Below, one piece after another: positions 34,442 through 42,300 of a DNA stretch of 64,000 nt. The number at the start of each line of letters is the position of its first letter. Position 1 is the stretch's first letter. Origin of the DNA: Clostridia bacterium. GTDB lineage: Bacteria; Bacillota; Clostridia; Christensenellales; CAG-138. The position numbers and the translations under genes were made by a program. The notes below the pieces were generated by a model. The model was not told where the DNA came from and searched no databases. It saw only the letters and a program-made list of their open reading frames with translations. The stretch covers positions 30,698 through 94,697 of the forward strand of contig JAUNBH010000001.1 of NCBI GenBank assembly GCA_030527165.1, written 5' to 3'.

Positions 34442-35905
34442 ATGATAGTGCTTAGCTATGAATTGATGGAAAAGAGCGGTCTGCGCTACGTCCTGGACAT
34501 GTTGGGCACGTGCTCGCCGTATGGCGCCCAGCGCAAGCGCAGGCTCCGCGTATACGACCGCGCGAGCAGGGCAGAGCTCGTCGACGAGCTGTACAACGTG
34601 CGCCGCATAGTGGAGTACATGGGGGAGCACGACTGCTCCGGCCTGGAGCGGCTGCTCATGGGGCTCAAGGACATACGGCGTTCCGTGGAGGCGCTCGGCT
34701 CGCTCGCACTGAGCGATGTCGAGCTGTTTGAGCTAAAGCGCTTCTTCCTGCAGCTGGAGCGGATAGCGCCGGAATACGCGCAGCTTGACGAGGCGTGCGA
34801 GCTCAGGGGGATGCACATAGCGAGCTATCCCGAGGCGCTGCGCATTTTAGACCCCGAGGGCCAGCGCGCACCCACTTTCATGGTGAGCTCGCGGTATTCG
34901 GAGCGCTTGACGGCCATACGGCGCGAGAAGCGCGACATAGAGGAGCGCATACGCAGCGCAGACGGTGGGGAGCGCGAACAGCTGATGCTGGAGCGCACGC
35001 GAATAGCCGCCTGCGAGGACGAGGAGCAGGCGAATGTGCGCCGCGGGCTGTGCGAGCGGCTCCTGCCGTACGCGCGGGACGTGCTGCTCACCATAGACTC
35101 CCTGGGCAGGCTCGACTTCACGCTGGGCAGGGCGCGGCTTGCGCGGGCTCACGGCTGTTGCGCGCCAGAGTTGACCGATGCTCGCGTGGCGTTTGAAGGA
35201 ATGACACACCCGCAGGTTGCGCACGCGCTGGAGCAGCGCTCCAAGGCGTTTACGCCCATAGACGTGTCCGTGGACAGGGGGGTCACGGTCATCACCGGCG
35301 CCAATATGGGCGGAAAGAGCGTCGCGCTCAATTCGATAGCGCTCAACGTGCTCTGTGTGCACTGCGGCATATTTCCCTTTGCCCGCTCCGCGGCCGTGCC
35401 GCTGTTTGACGGCCTGCACATGATTTCGGAGGACGCGCAGGACGCGTCTCGCGGGCTGTCCAGCTTCGGCGCGGAGATGCTGCAGCTCGACGGGGCGGTA
35501 TCGCAGCTTCGGGAGGGGGAGCTGGCGCTGCTGCTCATAGACGAGCTCGCGCGGGGCACGAATCCCGACGAGGGCGCGTCAATAGTGCGCGGAGTGGTCG
35601 CCATGCTGCGCGCCGAGGCGGCGGTGACGGTGCTCGCGACGCACTACGACGACGTCGCGTGCCTGGCGGACGCGCACTACCAGGTCAAGGGCATGGCGCA
35701 GGCGGATCTCGCGGAGCTGCGGCGGAGGATACAGCTGCAGCGGACGGCGTCCATAGAACTCATAGAGGAGTGCATGGATTACGGTATAGCGCGCGTCGAC
35801 GGGAATAACGGGGTTCCCAAGGACGCCGTAGAGATATGCGAGCTGCTGGGGATTAACGAAAAAATCATGAGAAGCATAAAGAATTTCGTTGACAAGCGGC
35901 GCTGA
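34442..35905 (+). CDS. MutS domain V-type ABC ATPase without mismatch-binding or Smr domains (MutS-related protein)
   Basis: 487 aa. Walker A is ITGANMGGKSVALNSIAL, Walker B is LLLIDELARGTNPDEG, and LATHY is the TH motif. The N-terminal half is helical and shows no MutS domain I motif. Confidence 0.8.
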   Translation: MIVLSYELMEKSGLRYVLDMLGTCSPYGAQRKRRLRVYDRASRAELVDELYNVRRIVEYMGEHDCSGLERLLMGLKDIRRSVEALGSLALSDVELFELKRFFLQLERIAPEYAQLDEACELRGMHIASYPEALRILDPEGQRAPTFMVSSRYSERLTAIRREKRDIEERIRSADGGEREQLMLERTRIAACEDEEQANVRRGLCERLLPYARDVLLTIDSLGRLDFTLGRARLARAHGCCAPELTDARVAFEGMTHPQVAHALEQRSKAFTPIDVSVDRGVTVITGANMGGKSVALNSIALNVLCVHCGIFPFARSAAVPLFDGLHMISEDAQDASRGLSSFGAEMLQLDGAVSQLREGELALLLIDELARGTNPDEGASIVRGVVAMLRAEAAVTVLATHYDDVACLADAHYQVKGMAQADLAELRRRIQLQRTASIELIEECMDYGIARVDGNNGVPKDAVEICELLGINEKIMRSIKNFVDKRR

Positions 35906-35917
35906 GAGTTATATCCT
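35889..35917 (+). promoter_or_regulatory. Candidate promoter embedded in the 3' end of the MutS-like gene (TTGACA-17 nt-TATCCT), positioned to start transcription just before the riboswitch
   Basis: Perfect -35 at 35889-35894 and a weaker -10 TATCCT at 35912-35917. The predicted TSS is about 10 nt upstream of the riboswitch P1. Confidence 0.4.
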
Positions 35918-35933
35918 CTATACATAAGAATAG

Positions 35934-36097
35934 GTTGGTAGAGGCGCGGTGCGCAAGGTAGTGCGAAGCGGTGACATGGGGCGTGTGGCTTCGCGCGAAT
36001 GTGCGGCCGCCGAAAGGACGGAGCGGCCCCCGCTCGGTTCTTGGGCGCAACGCTCAGCGCGGTGCGACTGTCGTCCGGGAGACGGAGCGCTATCAAT
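35934..36097 (+). promoter_or_regulatory. Lysine riboswitch (L-box) aptamer
   Basis: The 5' GTTGGTAG-AGGCGC and the 3' ACTGTC-GTCcgggaGAC-GGAGCGC-TATCAAT follow the conserved L-box pattern (..UAGAGGnGC....GCCGAAAGG....ACUGUC-hairpin-GGAGnGCUA..). P2 is GCGAAGC/GCTTCGC, and P3 is GGCCGC-CGAAAGGACGGA-GCGGCC with the GCCGAA motif. The length of about 164 nt is in the typical range. Confidence 0.85.
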
Positions 36098-36137
36098 GCA
36101 CGAACGGTGATTTCGTGTGTTGGTAGCTTTTTGTTTT
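36089..36137 (+). terminator. Intrinsic terminator forming the riboswitch expression platform (shares its 5' arm with the aptamer P1 3' strand)
   Basis: GCTATCAA (36089-36096) pairs with TTGGTAGC (36120-27). The inner stem is CACGAA/TTCGTG. TTTTTGTTTT follows at 36128-36137. Confidence 0.75.
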
Positions 36138-36207
36138 GGATAATGCGCCAACAGGGGGAAGGTATTTCCCCGTAGGCGCTTTCAATTACAGACAGGGGGA
36201 TTTGGTT

Positions 36208-36588
36208 ATGAAGTCAATGATAAGGTTGCGCATGAGCGCGCACGACGCGCATTACGGCGGGAATCTTGTGGACGGCGCCAGAATGCTGCAGCTGTTCGGA
36301 GATGTTGCTACGGAGCTCCTCATACAGCGCGACGGCGACGAGGGTCTGTTCAAGGCGTACGACATGATTGAGTTCATGGCGCCCGTGTACGCCGGGGACT
36401 ACATCGAGGCAGTCGGAGAGATAGTCGCGGAGGGCAATACGTCCCGCAAGATGGTCTTTGAGGCGAGGAAGGTAATCGTGCCGCGCCCCGACATAAACGA
36501 TTCGGCGTGCGACGTGCTGCCGGAGCCCATAGTAGTGTGCCGCGCGAGCGGAACGTGCGTGGTACCCAGGGACAAGCAGAGAAAGTGA
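36208..36588 (+). CDS. kal: 3-aminobutyryl-CoA ammonia-lyase (hotdog fold)
   Basis: 126 aa. The size, the lysine-fermentation context and [29 protein letters not shown]...[12 protein letters not shown] fit a hotdog fold. AGGGGGA RBS before the ATG at 36208. Confidence 0.8.
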   Translation: MKSMIRLRMSAHDAHYGGNLVDGARMLQLFGDVATELLIQRDGDEGLFKAYDMIEFMAPVYAGDYIEAVGEIVAEGNTSRKMVFEARKVIVPRPDINDSACDVLPEPIVVCRASGTCVVPRDKQRK

Positions 36589-36596
36589 GGACAGGT

Positions 36597-37424
36597 ATGG
36601 AAAAACTCATTATAACCGCGTGCATATGCGGCGCGGAAGTGACCAAGGAACACAATGCGGCGGTGCCGTACACCGTGGAGGAGATAGCACAGCAGGCATA
36701 CGACGCGTACAAGGCGGGCGCTTCGATAATACACCTTCACGTTCGCTGGGACGACGGCACGCCCACGCAGGACAGAGGGCGCTTTGAGGAGTGCATGAAG
36801 GCGATATACGAGCGCTGCCCGGACGTCATAATACAGCCCTCGACCGGCGGCGCGGTGGGCATGTCCAACGATGAGCGGCTCCAGCCCATAACGCTTCGCC
36901 CGGAGATGGCGACGTTGGACTGCGGGACGTGCAATTTCGGCGGGGACGACATATTCGTAAACACCGAGAACATGATAATCGACTTCGCGCAGAAGATGAA
37001 CGCGCTGGGCATAAAGCCCGAGATTGAGGTGTTCGACAAGGGCATGATAGACATGGCGAAGCGCCTCGCGAAGAAGGGTCACATCAAGACGCCCATGCAC
37101 TTCGACTTCGTAATGGGCGTAAACGGCGGCATATCCGGCGACGCGCGGGACCTGGTGTTCATGGCGGGCAGCATACCCGAGGGCTCGACCTGGACGGTTG
37201 CGGGCGTAGGCAGGTTCGAGTTCCCCATGGCGGTGATGGGCATCATCATGGGAGGCCATGTGCGCGTGGGCTTTGAGGACAACGTGTACCTGTCCAAGGG
37301 AGTGCCGGCAAAGAGCAACGGCGAGTTGGTTGAGAAGGTCGTGCGGCTTGCGCAGGAGCTGGGCAGGGAGATAGCCACTCCGGACGAGGCGAGGGGAATA
37401 CTCGGCCTTCCGCCGAGGGCGTGA
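36597..37424 (+). CDS. kce: 3-keto-5-aminohexanoate cleavage enzyme (BKACE/DUF849 family)
   Basis: 275 aa. MEKLIITACICGAEVTKEHNAAVPYT..IIHLHVR..GGAVG, a TIM-barrel BKACE signature. Confidence 0.88.
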   Translation: MEKLIITACICGAEVTKEHNAAVPYTVEEIAQQAYDAYKAGASIIHLHVRWDDGTPTQDRGRFEECMKAIYERCPDVIIQPSTGGAVGMSNDERLQPITLRPEMATLDCGTCNFGGDDIFVNTENMIIDFAQKMNALGIKPEIEVFDKGMIDMAKRLAKKGHIKTPMHFDFVMGVNGGISGDARDLVFMAGSIPEGSTWTVAGVGRFEFPMAVMGIIMGGHVRVGFEDNVYLSKGVPAKSNGELVEKVVRLAQELGREIATPDEARGILGLPPRA

Positions 37425-37474
37425 CAGAGCTTGGAACGATATAAAAATAATACAAATATACGGAGGTAAAACAC

Positions 37475-38515
37475 ATGACAATGAAGGGCAACAAGTACGG
37501 GATCCACAGGGTAATAGAGCCGCAGGGCGTGCTCACGCAGGCGGCGTACCGCATTGACAACGACATGAGCAAGCGCTACTCGAACGAGATAATCTGCGAC
37601 GTCATTTCGCTCAACATCGACTCCGCGTCTTTCACTCAGATCGAGGAAGTATGTGGCGGCGACGAGCAGAAGATTGGCGAGATGATACTCTCGATAGTGG
37701 CGGAGCGCGGCAAGCAGCAGAATCCGGTCACGGGTTCGGGCGGAATGTTCATAGGCAAAGTCGCCTACATAGGCGAAGACCTCAAGGACAGGGACCTCAA
37801 GGTGGGCGACAAGATAGCGTCGCTCGTATCCCTCTCGATGACGCCTCTGCGCATAGACAAGATACTCGCCATACACAAGGACATAGACCGCGTAGACATA
37901 ATCGGTCAGGCGGTGCTGTTCGAGAGCGGCATATACGCCAAGCTGCCCGAGGACATGAGCGAGGCGCTGGCGCTTGCGGCTCTGGACGTGGCGGGTGCTC
38001 CCGCGCAGGCGCGCAAGCTCCCCAAGGAAGGGGACAGCGTGCTCATAATAGGCGCGAACGGCAAGTCCGGCGTGCTGTGCGGCTATGAAGCGATGAAGGC
38101 GGTAGGGCCCAACGGCAACGTCGTGGGCGTAGTCCGCAATCCCAAGCAGGTACCGGGTCTCATAGAGCTGGGCGTGTTCCACAAGGTCATCGTGGCCAGC
38201 GCGACCGAGCCCGTAGCGCTGCTCGAGGCGGCGCTCGAGGCGAACGACGGCAAGGAGTACGACATATCGATAAGCTGCGTAAACGTGGAGAGCTGCGAGA
38301 TGAGCGCGATACTCCCCGTACGCGACGACGGACTGGTCTATTTCTTCTCCATGGCGACGAGCTTCACGAAGGCCGCGCTGGGAGCGGAGGGCATAGGCAA
38401 GGACGTTACCATGATAGTGGGCAACGGCTACACGAAGGATCACGCAGAGATAACGCTGAACATACTGAGGGAGAGCGAGAAGCTGCGCAAGCTCTTCGAC
38501 CAGAAGTACGTATAA
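37475..38515 (+). CDS. kdd: L-erythro-3,5-diaminohexanoate dehydrogenase
   Basis: 346 aa. N-terminal NKYGIHRVIEPQGVLTQAAYRIDND and a Rossmann GANGKSG. Context is between kce and kamA. Confidence 0.85.
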   Translation: MTMKGNKYGIHRVIEPQGVLTQAAYRIDNDMSKRYSNEIICDVISLNIDSASFTQIEEVCGGDEQKIGEMILSIVAERGKQQNPVTGSGGMFIGKVAYIGEDLKDRDLKVGDKIASLVSLSMTPLRIDKILAIHKDIDRVDIIGQAVLFESGIYAKLPEDMSEALALAALDVAGAPAQARKLPKEGDSVLIIGANGKSGVLCGYEAMKAVGPNGNVVGVVRNPKQVPGLIELGVFHKVIVASATEPVALLEAALEANDGKEYDISISCVNVESCEMSAILPVRDDGLVYFFSMATSFTKAALGAEGIGKDVTMIVGNGYTKDHAEITLNILRESEKLRKLFDQKYV

Positions 38516-38590
38516 GCGCGACAGACGGGGTGGGAAACCGCCCTGTCGCCATAAGCAGCCAACGGCACAAAGCCGGGAAAGGAAAACATC

Positions 38591-39844
38591 ATGAGAAAGA
38601 GCAGGGAATTCGGTTTGTTCAAGGACGTGCCCGACGAGCTGTGGAACGACTGGCATTGGCAGGTCACAAACCGCATAGAGACATTGGAAGACCTCAAGAA
38701 GTATGTTGAGCTCACACCCGAGGAGGAGGACGGCGTAGCAAAGTGCCTCTCCACGCTGAGAATGGCCATCACGCCGTATTATCTGTCGCTCATAGACCCC
38801 ACGGATCCACACGACCCCGTGAGGAGGCAGGCGATACCCACGGCATTGGAGCTGCACCAGGCGGATGCCGACCTGTTGGACCCGCTGCACGAGGATACGG
38901 ACTCGCCTGTGCCGGGACTCACGCACAGGTATCCGGACAGGGTGCTGCTGCTCATAACCGACCAGTGCTCCATGTACTGCCGCCACTGCACGCGGAGGCG
39001 TTTTGCGGGTCAGAACGACTGCGCCGTGCCCAAGAAGCAGATAGAGGCGTGCATAGAGTATGTCAGAAACCATCCCGAAGTGCGCGACGTGCTGCTCTCG
39101 GGCGGCGACGCGCTCATGCAGAACGATGACGTGCTGGAGTTCATAATCAGCTCGCTGCGCGCGATACCCCACGTTGAGATAGTAAGGCTGGGCTCGCGGA
39201 CGCCGGTGGTCATGCCGCAGAGGATAACGCCGGAGCTGTGCGCTATGCTCAAAAAGTACCATCCCATATGGCTCAACACTCACTTCAACCATCCCAACGA
39301 GATAACCGAGGAGTCCGCGGCGGCTTGCGCAAGGCTCGCGGACGCCGGCATACCCCTCGGCAACCAGAGCGTGCTGCTCGCGGGCGTGAACGACTGCGTA
39401 CACGTCATGAAGAAGCTCGTGCAGGACCTGGTGAGGATAAGGGTGCGGCCGTACTACATCTACCAGTGCGACCTCTCCATGGGGCTGGAGCACTTCCGCA
39501 CACCCGTGGCGAAGGGCATAGAGATAATCGAGGCGCTGCGCGGTCACACATCCGGTTACGCGGTACCGACATTCGTCGTGGACGCGCCCGGCGGCGGCGG
39601 CAAGACGCCCGTAATGCCCAATTACATAATCAGCCAGTCTTACAATAAGGTGATACTGCGCAACTTCGAGGGCGTGATAACGACCTATACGGAGCCGGAG
39701 CACTACGAGGAGACCTGTCAGTGCGAGGTCTGCCGCGGGGCGAAGCAGGCGGAGCTCATAGGCGTGGCGGGACTTGAGAGAGGGCAGCAGCTCGCCATGG
39801 AGCCCAAGGATTTGGCGCGGTCTAAGCGCGGCCGTCACGATTGA
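38591..39844 (+). CDS. kamA: L-lysine 2,3-aminomutase (radical SAM, PLP)
   Basis: 417 aa. WNDWHWQV, the radical-SAM CSMYCRHCTRRR, and a C-terminal Cys cluster CQCEVC. Confidence 0.95.
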   Translation: MRKSREFGLFKDVPDELWNDWHWQVTNRIETLEDLKKYVELTPEEEDGVAKCLSTLRMAITPYYLSLIDPTDPHDPVRRQAIPTALELHQADADLLDPLHEDTDSPVPGLTHRYPDRVLLLITDQCSMYCRHCTRRRFAGQNDCAVPKKQIEACIEYVRNHPEVRDVLLSGGDALMQNDDVLEFIISSLRAIPHVEIVRLGSRTPVVMPQRITPELCAMLKKYHPIWLNTHFNHPNEITEESAAACARLADAGIPLGNQSVLLAGVNDCVHVMKKLVQDLVRIRVRPYYIYQCDLSMGLEHFRTPVAKGIEIIEALRGHTSGYAVPTFVVDAPGGGGKTPVMPNYIISQSYNKVILRNFEGVITTYTEPEHYEETCQCEVCRGAKQAELIGVAGLERGQQLAMEPKDLARSKRGRHD

Positions 39845-39937
39845 TAAAAGCGGGCGCGGCAGCTGTTGCGCTTGAGCCGCGCACAAGGCGAAAAACGTGG
39901 GGCGCGCTCTGGCGCGCCCCGTGATATGGAGGTACAG

Positions 39938-41497
39938 ATGGAGAGCAAACTGCATCTTAACAGAGAACTGGTCGATAAGGCGCGCGAGTCCGCCAGGCGC
40001 ATAGCTCAGGACACGCAGCGCTTTATAGACGTTCACACCACCGTTACGGTCGAGAGAGCGGTGTGCAGGCTGCTGGGGATAGACGGAGTAAACGCCGTAG
40101 ACGTGCCGCTGCCCAATGTGGTCGTAGACCACATGACGGAGAAGGGGATACTGGCTTCCGGCGCGGCGTACTACATAGGCAACGCCATGGCGAACACGGG
40201 TCTGACGCCCCAGGAGATAGCCGAGAGGATAGACGCGGGCGAACTCGACCTGACGCGACAGGGCGCGCACAGCATAGCCGAGATAAGGGCAAATATCGTG
40301 CCTGTGGCGGAGCGCACTGTCGCACGGATACGCGCCAATGTCGCCAAGCGAAACGAGTATCTCGGCGAGTTTGGGGACAAAGAGGGCCCGTACTTGTATG
40401 TAATAGTGGCGACGGGCAACATATATGAGGACATTACGCAGGCGAGGGCTGCCGCGAAGCAGGGCGCGGACATAATCGCCGTGATAAGGACGACCGGGCA
40501 GAGCCTGCTGGACTATGTGCCCTACGGGGCCACTACGGAGGGCTTCGGCGGCACATACGCCACGCAGGAGAACTTCCGGCTCATGCGTGCCGCACTGGAC
40601 GAAGTCGGACGGGAGGAGAAGCGCTACATCAGGCTGTGCAACTACTGTTCGGGGCTGTGCATGCCGGAGATAGCCGCTATGGGTGCGCTCGAGCGGCTGG
40701 ACGTCATGCTCAACGACGCGCTCTACGGCATACTCTTCCGCGACATCAACATGCAGCGGACGATAGTTGACCAGTACTTCTCGAGGGTAATAAACTCCTT
40801 TGCGGGTGTGATAATAAACACCGGGGAGGACAATTATCTCACGACGGCGGACGCGGTCGAGGAGGCGCATACAGTCTTGGCGTCACAGTTCTTAAACGAG
40901 CAGTTCGCGCTCTGCGCGGGACTGCCGGAGGAACAGCAGGGGCTGGGGCATGCTTTCGAGATATCGCCCGATGTAGAGAACGGTTTCCTGTACGAACTCG
41001 CCCAGGCGCAGATGGCGAGGGAAATATTCCCCAAGGCGCCGCTCAAGTACATGCCGCCCACCAAATTCATGACGGGCAACATATTCAGAGGGCATGTTCA
41101 GGACGCGCTGTTCAACATGGTGACCATACTGACTTCGCAGAAGCTGCACCTGCTGGGAATGCTCACGGAGGCGATACACACGCCTTTCATGAGCGACAGG
41201 GCGCTGTCCATTGAGAACGCGCAGTACATATTCCGCACAATGAAGGATTTGGGCGCGGAAATCGAGTACAAAGAGGGCGGCATAATGGAGACGCGCGCCA
41301 ACGAAGTGCTCGCGAAGGCGACAAGCCTGCTCGCGGAGATAGAACAGATGGGGCTGTTTGCGACGCTTGAGAAGGGCATTTTCGCTGACATAAAGCGCTC
41401 GCGCGAGGGCGGCAAGGGCCTTGCGGGAGTGGTGATACGGAGCGAGGAGTACTTCAACCCGTTTATAGAGCTGATGAAAGGCGGTGCGGAGTCATGA
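39938..41497 (+). CDS. kamD: Beta-lysine (D-lysine) 5,6-aminomutase alpha subunit
   Basis: MESKLHLNRELVDKARE..HTTVTVERAVCRLLGIDGV..YVIVATGNIYEDITQA..GGTYATQENFRLMR closely matches my recollection of Clostridium sticklandii KamD. I prefer the ATG at 39938. Confidence 0.93.
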   Translation: MESKLHLNRELVDKARESARRIAQDTQRFIDVHTTVTVERAVCRLLGIDGVNAVDVPLPNVVVDHMTEKGILASGAAYYIGNAMANTGLTPQEIAERIDAGELDLTRQGAHSIAEIRANIVPVAERTVARIRANVAKRNEYLGEFGDKEGPYLYVIVATGNIYEDITQARAAAKQGADIIAVIRTTGQSLLDYVPYGATTEGFGGTYATQENFRLMRAALDEVGREEKRYIRLCNYCSGLCMPEIAAMGALERLDVMLNDALYGILFRDINMQRTIVDQYFSRVINSFAGVIINTGEDNYLTTADAVEEAHTVLASQFLNEQFALCAGLPEEQQGLGHAFEISPDVENGFLYELAQAQMAREIFPKAPLKYMPPTKFMTGNIFRGHVQDALFNMVTILTSQKLHLLGMLTEAIHTPFMSDRALSIENAQYIFRTMKDLGAEIEYKEGGIMETRANEVLAKATSLLAEIEQMGLFATLEKGIFADIKRSREGGKGLAGVVIRSEEYFNPFIELMKGGAES

Positions 41498-42285
41498 GCG
41501 GAGGATTGTACAACACCAGCAAGCAGGATTTCGACAAGACGCTGGATCTGCGCAAGCTGAAGGCGTACGGCGACACGATGAACGACGGCAAAGTTCAGCT
41601 TTCCTTCACGCTGCCCGTGAAGAACGACGAGCGCGGCATGGAGGCGGCGCGGCAGTTGGCGCGGCAGATGGGCGTTTCGGATCCCAACGTCGCGCACAGC
41701 CAGAGCCTCGATGCGGAGTTTACGTTCTACGTCGTTTACGGTTCGTGTGCGCATACCGTTGACTACGAGGGCATACATGTGGAGACTGTTGAGGCGGAAA
41801 CCATGGGCATGGAGGAAGTCAACGAGTACATACGGGAGAACATAGGGCGCAAGGTCATAATGGTGGGCGCGTCCACAGGCACGGATGCGCACACCGTGGG
41901 CATAGACGCCATAATGAATCGCAAGGGCTTTGCCGGCCACTACGGATTGGAGCGCTATGAGATGATAGAGGCGTACAATCTCGGCGCGCAGGTGACCAAC
42001 GAGGACTTCCTCAAACAGGCGTTGGAGCTAAACGCGGACGTGCTGTTGGTCTCGCAGACGGTGACTCAGAAGGACGTGCACATAGCCAACCTGACAGAGC
42101 TGATAGAGCTCATGGAGGCGGAGGGCGTGCGCTCGCGCTTCATAGTGGTGTGCGGCGGCGCGCGGATAACTCACGAGCTCGCGAAGGAGCTCGGCTATGA
42201 TGCGGGCTTCGGGGCACAGAAGTACGCGGATGACGTGGCGACCTTTGCCGTTACTGAGATGGCAAAGCGCAATATGGGCAAATAA
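41494..42285 (+). CDS. kamE: Beta-lysine 5,6-aminomutase beta subunit (B12-binding and PLP-binding)
   Basis: 263 aa. It overlaps kamD by 4 nt (ATGA). It has a Rossmann-like B12-binding domain (VGASTGTDAHTVGIDAI, base-off His motif DxHxxG). Confidence 0.92.
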   Translation: MSGGLYNTSKQDFDKTLDLRKLKAYGDTMNDGKVQLSFTLPVKNDERGMEAARQLARQMGVSDPNVAHSQSLDAEFTFYVVYGSCAHTVDYEGIHVETVEAETMGMEEVNEYIRENIGRKVIMVGASTGTDAHTVGIDAIMNRKGFAGHYGLERYEMIEAYNLGAQVTNEDFLKQALELNADVLLVSQTVTQKDVHIANLTELIELMEAEGVRSRFIVVCGGARITHELAKELGYDAGFGAQKYADDVATFAVTEMAKRNMGK

Positions 42286-42300
42286 CAAGGAGGCATTTAG

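Noticed and set aside
37079-40870. A 1263-aa minus-strand ORF antisense to kce, kdd, kamA and kamD. Similar long antisense ORFs include 10772-12886, 22294-23907, 49211-50869, 1206-2240, 15098-16300, 16627-17730, 28998-30173 and 25841-26974.
   Set aside because: Their products are low-complexity and rich in Arg, His, Tyr, Leu and Ala. They have no recognisable motifs or RBS, and each lies exactly opposite a gene with unmistakable conserved motifs. They arise because the sense-strand codon usage almost never uses TTA, CTA or TCA, so the codon-aligned antisense frame lacks stop codons. They are an artefact of composition, not overlapping genes.
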